Source: Callorhinchus milii | Taxonomy: Eukaryota | Assembly (NCBI RefSeq): GCF_018977255.1 | Contig: NW_024704742.1 | Span: 80,540,001-80,604,000 of the forward strand | DNA: 64,000 bases | Reading direction: 5' to 3' | Shown here: positions 51,006 to 64,000 of the stretch, piece by piece | How the letters are laid out: every line of letters begins with the position of its first letter | Numbering within the stretch: the first letter of the stretch is position 1 | Translations under genes and position numbers: made by a program | Notes under the pieces: generated by a model | Databases searched by the model: none | Told to the model about the DNA's origin: nothing | What the model saw: only the letters and a program-made list of their open reading frames with translations

Positions 51006-53624
51006 CAAGTCTTGTTGCTTAGTGTATTTTTAACAGGAAACTTGGTGCATGCATGAAGGAGAAGGGAATAGCAGGGTAGAGGAGAGGGGACAAGGAGATG
51101 TGTAGGCTTATGTTTAATGTATATACAGGCACAGACTAGTCTTGGTACTGAATCATTCTTTGTAGTTCTAGATAATTACTTCAAAGACCAAATAGATAAA
51201 GAGGTCAGTGAGATGTAAAGAGATTAGATAAACCAAGTCATTTACACTTCCTACTTCACTTAACATTTATGTCTGTATTGAACAGAACATTTAAGTAATT
51301 GGTTCTGCTATTTTACTTCCTGTATTTTGTTATTGAAAGTGTATTTTGGGATGAATTGGTTGGCCCCTTCATGGCGAGGGACCTCAACGCTTTACTGCTT
51401 TTAACATTCAGCATCGCCATCAAAGACTCCTGTGTCAGCTGCATTGTAAGCCACATACAGAACAGAGTTCCCTCTTCTCTGCTTGAATACCGTGCTTATT
51501 TCCAATCTTACTAGAGTGAAACACAGAATTTCCCAGCAGTCGTTCCCAGATCCATCTGAATAAACTTGCTAATTCGGTACCAACAAGCATCAATTTATGG
51601 ACAGAGTTTATTTTATTGTGTTGCATATTTGTAAAAACTGAACAAACATAAAATATTTAATCTAAAACTCTTACAACGAGCATTAGACATTCCTCCCATC
51701 AGTATGGATTTAAACCCAGTTCCCAGAGGTGAAAGAAAGTTTGTCACATATTTAGTCTTTTAGTCACCTATTTCTTAATAAGGGACTATTTTAATTGATA
51801 TCTCAGTTTGAATGTAAAGAAATTATTTCCAACTCAATAGTAAAGGCAATATTACCAGTGCTATTTATAGAACCATGTATGTACAGCAAAAGATTTTAAT
51901 TGTTTTGTGGTACCCTATGATAAAATTGACCCTTACTTAATTCCTGTTGTGGGACATTGCTGTATGCAAATTGGCTGCCAGATTTGCCTACAAGTACAGT
52001 CAATACACATTACAAGTACACCATCACTACACTTTACAGTAAATCCTGTGAAGCACTTTGCGACTTCTCAACAATGTAATGAGGCTTTTTATTAAATGCA
52101 AGTATTATTATTACATTATATTCCTTACAAATATTACCCTTTCCATATACAAAAGACAAGCAAATGGTAACATGATCTTTATATCCATTTTTTTTCACCA
52201 GGTAAAGCATGATTAATAGAATTATCCAACCAAGTCATCTGTTCATCTGATGGTGGTGGATTGCCAAGTTTTCATAGATCTGGATTGGTGCATTGCCTAA
52301 GTACAGTGGTAAATGGCAAATCAAAATGAAAATTAAATTGAATTACTTTCAAGTAGGAGGCAGCACATCAAGGTTGATAGGTGAATCATCACAGAGAGAT
52401 TGTCCATTCGAATTAGTTCCTTTGCATAGGTAAAGTACCTAGTAATACTAGATCTTGTGGTGTATCATTGCTAAGTTATGGGGAACACCATCCAGTAGGA
52501 CAGAAATTCAGGGATGACACCTACAGCTGAGCTGAATCACTGACTTCCTGAAGTGCTATGGAGCATGGAGCGAACCAATTTCACATTGACCACATAAAAT
52601 AATCAAAGTCAAATAAAAATGTGTTTTGCTAAAGCCCTGTGAATGAGCTAATTTGTCTCTGTACCAGTTTGCTCACTGATCTAACTATTAATAACAAAGT
52701 TAACGTTTCCTTGTATGTTTCAATATCTGGCAGAATCTTCCAGAGGAGTGCTTCTATTTTTACTAAGTTTCAGAAGTTCTAAAGTTGTGATTGGGTCATG
52801 CTCAATTTTGTTCACATGTGTGTTTTTCAGAGGCCCATGATATAGTTGTACATATAGGATTAGAATACATGATATTTTGCTTGGGCGAGAGGATACACAG
52901 ACAGTTTGGTTGAAATGGTCTTGGAGATAGGCAATTGTGGAATCCATGTGGTATTAAACTTTTGGGGCAGTGTTATTAATTCTGATTACTCTCTTTTTGC
53001 TAAGCTTTAGAGTACTGACTATGATTAGTACCCTATGATTAGGTTGGAATATTTAATGCTGGGAATGGCAAAAATCATGTGGAGAATATTAAAGGCAATT
53101 ATAATGTTTTAATACATTTGTAGATTATATTGCAAGTTGTATTCCCATTCATTTGAGCCACAAACTTCAGAGTTGCAGAACTTAACTTGTAACCTGAGGG
53201 CTTTTGCAACACAAAATCCTTTCATTACTGCTTTATGCAAGGAAGGTCAGGAAGAACAAGGCCAACTCATATTTAGTTTGATAACTGCTTCCTATCTTTT
53301 ACCTGTCCTTTGATGACCTAGACACTATAAAGCTGACTGTTCGTGGACCGCATATGAATGCCACTAGTTCAATCTTCAAACAAGAAGATTTTAAAGTTTA
53401 TGGAAATGTGTCCAATGTACTGAGCTTCTCAAGAAAGCCTGTTTTGTTGTTGAGGATAGGGTGTTCACACACATATATAGCCCACATCATCCCCACTCAT
53501 AATAAATGAAAGAAACAAAAAATAACAAGCAATTCACAATCTATTTAATTCACTTTGCCATATCAGTAGACATTCAAAGGATGGCTTTAGAGCTAGATTT
53601 CTTCTTCAACATATTATGATCCTA

Positions 53625-53800
53625 GTGCAACCCACTTAATATGGAAATTCCCATGTTTGGAATGGAATGCACACTCACTTCCTGAAGGCACACATCCACT
53701 TACCTAATATATGTTGAGCACTGCTTTAGTTTAATCAGCTAAAACCGCATACCTTGTCATTGAAAGCACTGGTCTGGCAATCTTCCTGTTAATTGTCCAG
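53625..53800 (+). repeat. Unassigned old dispersed repeat, copy D (partial)
   Basis: 'atggaaattcccatgtttggaatggaatgcacact...cttacctaa...tttaatcagctaaaa...aaagcactg'. Confidence 0.72.
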
Positions 53801-55184
53801 CAAGAAACACCCAACTTATTAGATCTTTGGTTTGCAGGGTTAACAGGAGTTGAGTGGGAAACATCCTTGACCTCATTGACTAATTTTTCCCTCCAACTCC
53901 TACTGACGTACCTAGGTGGCTGGTTGTCATCAGCAGTGTCCTGGATTACTGATGATCCATTGGCTATGGACTCACACCCATTAATGAGAATTATTTAAGG
54001 ATTTTACTCTGATAAAGTGGAAATGTTTGCAACTGAAAAAAGGCCTACAGATTTTTGGTATGTATTTTAACAAATTCCATACTTTTCAGTTATTTTGTTG
54101 GAATGTTTAGCTTTACATTTGCTAAATACCTTCTTAATCCATACTATTCCTGTGATCTTCTTACGTCTTTCCTGATTGAAACTCATCCTTTCGGTATTCT
54201 TTATAATTCATATACTTTTAAAAAAACTCAGCCGTTGTACATGTTAAGAATGTAAAGTGGTATTGATTAATTTAGGTGCCATCTTTTATGCCACAAAGCC
54301 AAAGCTGGAGTAATAAGCTTCTGCCTTGCTCAAACTTAAGCAATCTGAATTTTTATTTCACAATTTGATACTGTGAGACTATAATATTTTATGGTAATTA
54401 TATGAGTTGAAAGAAAAGTACAGAATGTGAGTGTTTTAATTAAATATGCTCAGGAATATTTTTTTCCCCAACACATACTTCTACTTTTTGTTTTATTTGA
54501 AGAATTGGGTATTTGTGATAATAGGAGAAAAAGCCTGGAGCTATTGAATTGAAGAGTCTTGTACTTTACAGACTAAGTAAATCCCTTGATCAATATAATG
54601 AACACATACAAGACATAACAATGCTTTATGAGATAAACATCGTCTCTGGATATCGCACATTTACATTTCAAAGATAAGTGACAGATGGTTCATTTTGCTG
54701 AGACAACAACATGAGTGCATTTTATTGGTTTAATGTGCACACAGACAATTAACCCCAAATTTCAATTTGTCATAGTTCGATCATCAACTTATGCCATTCA
54801 TTACAACTGCCTATATCAGATATTTTACTTTTGATTTACAATGCAATATTTGCATTTGTTTAATTTCTTAGCTCAGTGGCTTTGTGACAACTACAGATGC
54901 TGAATGCATCACTGCATAGAATTCTGTAATTAAATGCCAGATTCAAAGGTGGAAGCAAGGCTGACTAATTAACAAGTCAAACATTTAGAATTAACATACT
55001 GTAGCCATAATTAACCTGACAAAATAAATGATTACCCAACTCCTGTCATCAACACAAAATAATAGATTTAAGATGTGGGACTTCACATTACTTCACATGA
55101 ATTTGTCTGGACCAAATTGCACAATGACTGAACTCAAACCTTAACTGGACCATCTTTAACTATCGGTGATAAACTGCCATTTAA

Positions 55185-55505
55185 GTTCTGGTCAGCTGCG
55201 CATCTGACACATGTTTAACCAATCTCCTTGCTTAAGAGTATCCAAACCAAACTGGCAGTTCCACACATACAACCTATGTATGGAAATTCCTGAAATTCTA
55301 AAATAAATACGCACTATCTCCCTGGATACATTCTGCTTACATAATCCTGGAGAGTATTAGGCACAGAGTAGCAAGAGCCAGGGCTTGGGGACCCCAAAGT
55401 GTATGTTGGGGTACTGCTGGAGTTTGACCAGCTAAAATCTCAAAGCTTACCATTCAAAGCACTGACTGGTGAGCTTCCCGCTGCTGGTCCAGCGAGGACG
55501 ACCAC
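55185..55505 (+). repeat. Unassigned old dispersed repeat, copy B
   Basis: Same ordered blocks as 33955-34270 and 61820-62200. Confidence 0.8.
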
Positions 55506-55519
55506 ACCCATTAGAGCTT

Positions 55520-55995
55520 TGCCTTGGCATCTTGTTTGATCCTCAACTATCCTTCCTAACCCACATCCATCCCATGATCCTCTCTGCCTTACCCCACCTC
55601 CGCAACATCGCCCGGCTCCACCACTGTCTTACACCGCAGACCTCCGAAAACCTCATTCACACATTCATAACATCCAGGCTTGACTATGCAAACTCCATGC
55701 TTGTCGTCCATCCCAACACCTCCCATCATAGGCTACAGATCATCCAGAAGACTGCAGCCCATGTCTTCTCCCGCACCAGGCTCCATGCCCTATCACCCCC
55801 ATCCTCGCCCAACTCCACTGGCTTCCCATCACACAGAGGATACAGTTCAAGATCCTGGTCCTCACCTTCAAAGCCTTCCATGGTTTTACTCTCCCTACCT
55901 CTGCGACCTCCTAACCCCCTACCAACCTGCTCGCTTCCTCCACTCAGCGGGTTCCGGCCTGCTTCAGTCCCCCACTTCGCTTGCCCACCATTGGT
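55520..55995 (+). mobile_element. L2 ORF2 3' fragment
   Basis: LGILFDPQLSF...HLRNIARL...FITSRLDYANS. Confidence 0.9.
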
Positions 55996-56639
55996 TTATA
56001 CTCTGGAATGTAAATATAACATTTTAATACCTGAATGAAAGTCCAAATCATCTCAGTTTGTATGTGTACTTCTTTCACATAAAATGTAGCTTTCTAAATT
56101 AGATGTATTTAAAACTTTGTATTTCAATCTATTTATAAAAACAAAAGAAATCATGGAAAAAAACAGACTATTTAGAACAATACTATAAGATTCAGTGCTA
56201 TACAATATCTATAGTCTGCACAAATTGTATACAATATATAAAATAAATATATTTTCTCATTTTCTTTTGGGGCAATTAAGGTAAATTAATACTGCTTCCC
56301 TACGAGATTATATAGGTCAGACAGAGTCCATACTAAAGTAAATTGCACATGCTCGGTTCAAGAAGCACAGAATAGTCTTTATATTTAATTTAGCGCTTTT
56401 CACGTCAGGAGAAGGTTTCAAGTGCTTCACAGGATGTATTGTAAACTGTGTATTTTATGGCCAAACACTATATATGTTGCATCCAATAGGTGCAGACGAT
56501 ATATACTATGTTGTATTGATTATTATAAGCATTATACAAGCCCATAATTGTATTATCTATATCAAATAGTATAAGGATTATGCAGGCCATTACCTATTCT
56601 ATGTGATGTAAATTATCAGAGTTATTAAGACCTGGATAA

Positions 56640-57060
56640 TCTTCTTCCTTAATCAGATTTTTCTTTGAATGCCATGTTCAGCAGTTTGAGTCTCTTATAG
56701 TTTAGATCTCTTAGAACATGCCACTCTTCTTAAAACCTTTTTGAATGTACTAATGTCTATTTGAAATAGGGCAGCCAAAATTTTGCACGTTGTACTAGAT
56801 ATGGCCTCACCGGTGATCCATATAGACACAGAATGCTTTGTTTGAGATTTGTCTCTAAATGTCTTTGAGATGTTATTTAGTATTTGATTCATTTTGGGAG
56901 TACCAGCATTATATTGACCAGAAATTTTCAATTAATGATTAATCATCACAATCAAATAATTTTCAATGTGTGGATACCTATTAATGTTGCTCTCATTGTT
57001 CATATTTTATGTGCATAACCTCATATTTATTAATATTATTAACCATCTGCCAATCTTTCC
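56640..57060 (-). mobile_element. Old CR1 ORF2 fragment
   Basis: rc reads WQM..N.NKYEVMH and 'gtgaggccatatctag...ttttggctgccctatttc' (VRP.L...FW.PY). Confidence 0.7.
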
Positions 57061-57091
57061 CACCTGTGTCACAAGTTGATAACCCTGTTGT

Positions 57092-57366
57092 CAAGTTGAG
57101 AGACCTGGGTTCGATTCCCAGCAGGGTGAAACCTTGGGCAAGTTTCCTCACTCCACACACCTGATAATAATCCCTCAAGAAAATAAAACAATAATAATTT
57201 GGTCACTTCAAACCACGACTGTTTGTGAGACACTGCTGTGTGCAATTGGTTGCCGCATTTCGCCCAAAATATAGTCAATTCACTTTACAGTCTATTCAGT
57301 GAAGCGCTTTGAGACGCCTAGAATATGTGAAAAGCACTATATCAAATGCAAGGATTATTATTATTA
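57092..57366 (+). mobile_element. tRNA-SINE, short form
   Basis: B-box gggttcgattcc, 'actccacacacctgataataatccctc' and a tail. Confidence 0.9.
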
Positions 57367-57494
57367 ACCCTTTGAATGTTATCAGCTCTTATTCCCAGAT
57401 CCCCTCCTGATCTGTCCCTTTCTTTCTCTGGATTACTTTCCTCATTTCAACACCTCACTAACTACCTTGCATCTAACCTTTGCACTAATCTTTC

Positions 57495-57855
57495 AGAGTC
57501 CTGTAGTGCACTTGCCTCACAAGCAAGAGGACTTGGGTTTGATTCCCAGGTAGGGCGAAATCTTAGACAAGTTTCCTTACTCCACAAGCCTCTATGTACT
57601 TAGCAGTAAGTAGGAACCCCGTTATTAATCAAATAGAGGATCTCTTTTCTGATGGTAATAATCCTTTCAAATAAATAAATACATAAATAATTTGGTCACT
57701 TAATCCACAACTGTTTGTGGGACACCGGTGTGTGCAATTGGCTCTTGCAATCGCCCGCAATATTAACAGTCACCACACTTTACAATATATTCTGTGAAGC
57801 ACTTTGACATGTCTCAAAGATATGATTAGGCATTATATCAAATGCTTTTATTATT
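57495..57855 (+). mobile_element. tRNA-SINE, long form
   Basis: gagtcctgtag head, 'tagcagtaagtaggaaccc' and a tail. Confidence 0.88.
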
Positions 57856-58855
57856 AAAATTTCCATTATCTTCTGCCCTACCAATCTATTAATGTCTTTC
57901 TTGCTAACATCTCCTCTTGCCTATCTTCCCCAAGCCTCTGCTCTGAGCACTTCCTCATCATGGCTGACTGAACCTCCATTTCATCTGTTTGTCCCATGTC
58001 TGATCATTTCTTTGCCCCTACCCCCATCTCCCTCGACCACATAATCCATATAATTCTCTCCAGTCACACACACTCAGCCATCCCCTTGACCACATCTTCA
58101 CCTGAGGTCTCTCTCTCTCTCTCTCTTTCTTTCACCTAGTTCTCTATCTCTGACAAAGTGATCTCACCTAGTTCTTCATTTCTCTCAATTCTCATATCCC
58201 ATCCTTGCAACCAAGCCCTCCACTATCCTGTACCTTCCTTGAAGAAAAATATGGCCTTTCAAATGTTCTCAAGTCATTTGCCCATAAAGTCACTGTACTT
58301 TACAATCTCTCCTGTCAAAAGGTTTGAGCCATCCACCTAACGTGAAAGGACTATAACCAAATGTAAGGATTATTATTATTAAGTCCTCTGAACTGTTCTA
58401 CTTCTGGCCCTCCACTTACCATGGCTTCAATGCATTTATTAAGTATAATAGATGTGTTGAATTTCCCATAAATTCCATAAACTGTAACTTGCTAGAAATT
58501 CCTGATCTGTCCAATTTTATCTAGTTTGTACTTTCCCAGACTGCAAACAATATATTTTTAGTAATTGGGCAGGCTGCCCGAAGCCTCTAAGCCAATTGTT
58601 AAATGCTAATGTGGATTCTGGATTCTTTAGCCAGATCACCCTTGGAAAAGTAATATAAAGTAGTTAAAATCCAGAGCCCAATAAAGGAGTACAATTTACA
58701 AAACAAATTAACATTGCTTTCATCTCAGGATCAAGCAGTAGTATTAATAATAATAATAAATAATGATAATAATAATCCTTACATTTGGTATTTCACCTTT
58801 CACATCAGTAGGACATCCAAAACCTTGTGAGGGATAAACCACTTACCTGGCGAGG

Positions 58856-58870
58856 TGTGCCACCTACTGG
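58856..58870 (-). promoter_or_regulatory. CTCF-binding motif
   Basis: Minus strand reads CCAGTAGGTGGCACA, matching the CTCF core. Confidence 0.5.
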
Positions 58871-61819
58871 TTTTCTTGAAAGTCTACCAATAAATAAGTT
58901 AAGAAACACTTAAGGTAATGCTGTAAAGTTTACCCCCAAACAGTACAGATCTTTAAAAAGTAAAGTTAATTAAAAGCATCATTGATACCCATATATTTTT
59001 TGGTCATTTTATTTAAAAACGATCTTGTGTCCTCTTTGACTGCAGTTTTGGTAGTCTTTCTCTTCAGTTCCCATTCCACCACTTTTGGCTTAGGAGCCCA
59101 GCCAGCAGTGTCAAGCATGTTAAGACATCCTCCAGGTGTGAAAAGGGGCAATATAAATGTAAATCATATTGTATTGGGAAAGACCGCTTTTTTTCTCCGT
59201 GTATTATTGAATTACAGATGTAAATATAGGAAACATCTGCGAGCGATAGCAGTTTAAACTGACTAAATGCTGAAGCACTTGTTTTAGTAGTCTCCCCATG
59301 TTTCAGCCATTTACAATACAGCACCAGCTTGGCAGTGTGTGATCACTAAATAACATTCTGTAAGTTCCCAGCATCCACTTGTAAAATTCCTGGTAAATCA
59401 CCATTTAAATCTCTCACATATGCACGGAAGATCATTCATGATGGACCTGGGTAGGGCATCATAATGCTGTTGAGTGTGACTTTATTCTGAAAGTGTACAG
59501 TTAGCATATATTGTCCATTTTGAACCTAACACTCACTGTGGTTAATCTCAGGAGTTTAATTATAGAAATTCACATAATAAATCTTAAATGTTATCATCTA
59601 ACTTTATCAAAAGTTGAGAGGATCTCAGCTCTTTGTTCAGTTGCCTAATAAATCTTCTCCCTAAAAAGGCAGATCAGTAACCTTAAGTGGAAGAAACATT
59701 TAGCAACCTTCACTCAATTTCTAGCTCCTCCAACTGTGGTGTAATACAGACAGAACTAAATTATTATTTTAAACTATGAATATCCTCAGTCAACCATGAT
59801 ATTGGTGAAACTGTTCAAGATTCAGAACACTTCTTCTGGTGAGGCATTGTTGTTGCTTCCCTCAAGTGTTCAATTTGCAGTCAAAATTGTACTCTTTACA
59901 ATTACATTCCCACCAATTATTTTAATGGAAGTCAGAGAAACAAGATTTTGCTCAATGATGTGTTTGGCCTTCTGGATAGGTTAGAGTCATTCCCAATTGG
60001 CTTATCAGATCTATTGATCCTTCCAGTTCCCTCTGCCTGTCTAGGAAACCATTAGTTTTCCAAATCAGTTAAGAAACACTTAGATAAAGCTATTTATACT
60101 TCAAGACACCTATTACTCTAGATATCTGAAGGCTGGTTTGGTCAGTGTCTGACCATTTTCACAATATTTTTATCAATCCAGAGTCTTAAAACTGAAGGTG
60201 CATCATAGAAGGTGAAGTTGGTGATCTTCCATATTGATTTGATAATTGTCAGATGTGTTATGGCGACTGTTGAGAAACATCATATTATTCCTAAAGACAA
60301 TTGGTATACTTGGCCTTCTACTGCTACGACGTTTGACCAAGAAACAGAGCAGTATACAAATGGCCATTTCCTTCTTCTAAAACTCCAAATGTAATTTTGC
60401 CATATATTCTGCCTTTTGAATAAATAATAATCCTTGTATTTGATATTGTACCTTATCTCATCACTGAGACATTTCAAAGTGCTTCACGGGATATAATGTG
60501 AAGTGGTATGACTTAGTATTTTGTGATGACATTTTATGGATATCCACTGAGATTCCAACTCCTGATATACTGCAACATCAGAAATAATTCTTTGGAGACT
60601 CCCCTCTTTCCACATTCAAGTAGCAATTCTTCTTCTTTCAGTTCTGTTGCTTGTTGTCAATGAAATTAAATTAATTCCAACTTCAAAACACATCTCCAGA
60701 GTTTTTAGGGTTTCAAATGCCCTCTCAATCAATGTTGAAAAATACAAAAGTAGCATGATGTACAACAATCACCAGAACTTATTCTTAATTTCATCTGGAG
60801 GTAAACTTTTTCTCCCCTTCTAGAACATACTTACAGATCAAGTTCCTTTTGTTACACAAAGTGCTCCGGGACACTACCCCGAGTGAAGGGTCTATATAAA
60901 TGCAAGTTGTTGTTGTTGTTATATGGAATCCTGCAAGATCTTGCACGCATTGGGCCCAACACAATTAAAAAGTACCAAGAGATCCACAATAAAGTGTCTG
61001 CTAGCCACACCTACTACTCCCACACTCGTTCTCGAAGCTATTTCTGACTGATTCTTTAGGAGAGTTGTGGTTCCAAGGCTTCCATTTGGGAAAGGGTGGC
61101 TCTACATCATATTCGAGAAATTACCCAGTTTCAAGTTGATCGATTTGTCTCAGAATGCAATATTCAGCATCCTGATTTTCTAATTTATTTTTATCACCAG
61201 ATGACCTCTGAGAAATAATGTTGTTACCTTTTGTTTAATAAATTTCCTCTTTTTATCTCTATTTGTCATGTTTTTATCAGTCATGTAGTTAAATTCAATC
61301 TGAAGGGACCAGAGAATGCTCTCATTTGTTCACTTTAGCAATATAATTGCCTTGATTTCATGTGCTGATTTTCCATTGACAAACATGCTTTACCACCTTA
61401 AAAATGATCATATAAAGGACTGCATAAGTCACTTTTGCAGACACTGCTGAAAAGAGAGAACAAATATCATAAGGCATGCTGTAGTAGAATGATGACACAG
61501 AAATCTCCACCAACAGAAAAATAGAACAACAAGTCATGTTTTAATTTCAATAGTTGATAATTATCAATTTAACCAATGGGCAGATGTTTGCTATTCCAGA
61601 GGAAGGTTAATATATAGGAATGAGATTCCACAGTGCAAATGTAGATTCTCCACATTATTTTACCTGTGCTTGTGAAACAATTTGACATCTCATGCAAAGG
61701 ATGGCACCTCCAAAAATGGACTGCTACTCCAGCACAGCAGTGACAGTGTTAGCCTAGCATAGCGTATGAGTTTGAGGTCCCAAGATGGGGCTTCACACTA
61801 ACAGCCAGAAATGCTACTT

Positions 61820-62200
61820 TTTTTTGGTCAGCTGGATGTCTGATACAAATGAAAACCCATCACCACACTTAAGAATATCCAAATCAAGCTGGGATTTCCA
61901 TGGATCCCATCAACACATGGAAATCCCAGGGATTGACTGTTGGAATGGAATGCACACTTTCACTGGAGGTATGCTTCATTTGAGAGATCCAAGCATCGCA
62001 CCTACACATGGAAATTCCCATGTTTACAATGGAATTTACAATTTCTCCCTGGAACATATGCAGCTTCCTTACCTAACTCTGGAAAGGACTAGGCATAGGC
62101 TGGCCAGAGCCAAGGCTTGGGGATCCCAGAGTGCGCGTTGGGATAATACTGGAGTCTAACCAGCTAAACAAAAAGCATACTTTGCCATTAAACACATCCT
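61820..62200 (+). repeat. Unassigned old dispersed repeat, copy C (with an internal duplication)
   Basis: Same blocks as copies A and B. The 'cacatggaaat..aatggaat..ctgga' segment occurs twice. Perfect 14-bp hairpin arms at 61889-61929. Confidence 0.8.
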
Positions 62201-62954
62201 CCTGATGTGAGACGTCTAATAAATGTAATAGTGAATGTAATAATTTCCTCCTGTTGTTCAGCCAGGAACACTCTAGCCGAGCCAAGCCGAATGACATCTA
62301 ATGTTTGAGTGATGTGGAGCACAAAGATCAATTTATACTTCTGTTAGATTGGTGGGAGGAAGGGGTGCTTGTTGCAGTTCAGTTTAAAAATAACTAAACA
62401 CAGATATTGTATGGAGTCCATGCACCTACACACAACTAATATGCAACACGCTAAAATGATAACTCCTGGTATATCATGGTCCTAGATTCAAGATCTTGCA
62501 GAGTTTACAAAAGGGCCGTTATTTCTTAACTTTATCATTGATTTTCCACAGATTTTCTTCGGTACTGCAGAAAATCAGCCTTCAAATTGTAGCTGAATTT
62601 AAGACTGTTTTCCAAAATTCCACATTCCTTATATTTTAAGATTTGGTTACATAAAATCTCTTTGAAATGCACAACAAATTGTACTGTTGTTTCAGTGGAC
62701 AATCAAGCCAGCTGCTGTTGTGATTATCTCCATCTTCTGAATGTGAAACTAATTGTCAGATTCTCAAGAGTATTGCAGAAAAACATAAATATAGCTGGAT
62801 GATTCAGTGTAAAAATCCACTCAAAAACCTAATCTACCATTTCCTTGCAAGGAATATCGACCATGACAGCATCTGTTGTTGATGTCTTTACAGCAGGCAG
62901 ATGGTATTTTATAAGAGTTTCACTGGAAATGGAAATAAAAGTCCCAGTCTTGTT

Positions 62955-63265
62955 ATGTGTGAAGCACTCTCAACTCTGACTCAGAAGGTTGTAGATTTAA
63001 GCCCTAAATTGGGACTTTGAGCTCACAGTCTAGGCTAACGTTAAAGATCCCATAACAATATTCTTAAAGAGAAGGGAGTTTCTGCCTGGATAGCAATTCT
63101 GCAGATGAAAAAAAAAGGTCATTCAGTTTATGGGTGAAGGGCATTGTTGTGCGCAAACTGACTACTGTGTTTACCTACACATATCCAGTGACTATTTGAA
63201 AAAGAAGCGCTTTGAATCATTTTGATGTGGTAAGGTGCTATATCAAATGCAAGGATTAGCATTAT
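62955..63265 (+). mobile_element. Deu-domain SINE, internally deleted
   Basis: 'ctctgactcagaaggttgtag...gttaaagatcccat...tgtgcgcaaactg...aaggtgctatatcaaatgcaaggatt'. Confidence 0.82.
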
Positions 63266-64000
63266 AATCAATCAGATGTGTGACCTGGCTTGATGGATCT
63301 CAACATTGAGAGTTTCACTGGGGTAGTGGTGGAAGGTGGAGTGTGTCCATTATAGCTGAGTACATGGATAATTAACACTTACAATATTTTACATTTAAAC
63401 TGCAAGTTAGATTCCAATGTCAGCATTGGGGTCAAGAGTTTCATTCAGGGAAAGAGCTTGATTTGACTGAAGGAAAATTGGTTTTGTACCAATACCAATG
63501 GTTGCGTATGTGAACCTTCACCTCCCCCCACACCAACTTCAGTGCAACAGTTGGGCCCCAAACCATCATTGGACTTGTCGGTCTGCTTAATTCAATAGAA
63601 ACACAGAGTGAGGGCAGCATCTCATGAATTCACATTCCAAAGTTTAACCAGCAAACCAGTCAAAGTCATACTGAAGGGTTACACTTACAACTAAATATTG
63701 ACCAAATAGAGGATCATGTAATATATAATGAAAAATTAACTATGTAATTAATTGTTTCTGTCATATAATAATTATCCCCACTGAAAATTAGCATATCACA
63801 ACATTTTCAGCCAAAAGCATCTAGCACTGCATGCATGCTCTTGTTCTCTTATGGGTTCAAATGAAGTACCCAAGCCCCAACACTAAATTGTCAATACCCT
63901 GTTCCAAATCTGGATTTTACTGAATTGGCCTAATGCTAAATACAGTTTCTATCCCCATTCTTGGAGCATAGCTCATTGTTTTTGATTTTCTCTTTTTTTT

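Noticed and set aside
58841..58855. U1 snRNA 5' end (acttacctggc)
   Set aside because: The match stops after about 11 nt. It is simply the reverse complement of a splice donor consensus.

Overview
AT-rich, repeat-dense vertebrate genomic DNA. The repeat content points to a cartilaginous fish, probably a chimaera such as Callorhinchus (inference). It includes tRNA-derived SINEs ending in AAATGCAAGG(ATT)n, Deu-domain SINEs resembling shark SacSINE1/AmnSINE1, and L2 and CR1 LINE fragments. I could not confidently identify any protein-coding gene, so the window reads as intronic or intergenic. Every recognisable ORF is a broken L2 or CR1 ORF2 (reverse transcriptase) fragment. Dozens of SINE and LINE pieces dominate the window. 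Less expected items are: two copies of a non-autonomous Helitron-like element; four same-strand copies of an old ~330-bp dispersed element that I cannot assign, with a hairpin conserved in position; a hAT-type MITE carrying a strong CTCF motif; a 3' stem-loop shared by LINE and SINEs with C-G / U.G / U-A covariation; two near-perfect local hairpins; (GAA)29; and a few weak candidate exons. Boundaries of old repeats were read by eye and are approximate. I see no convincing evidence of a novel multi-gene system.
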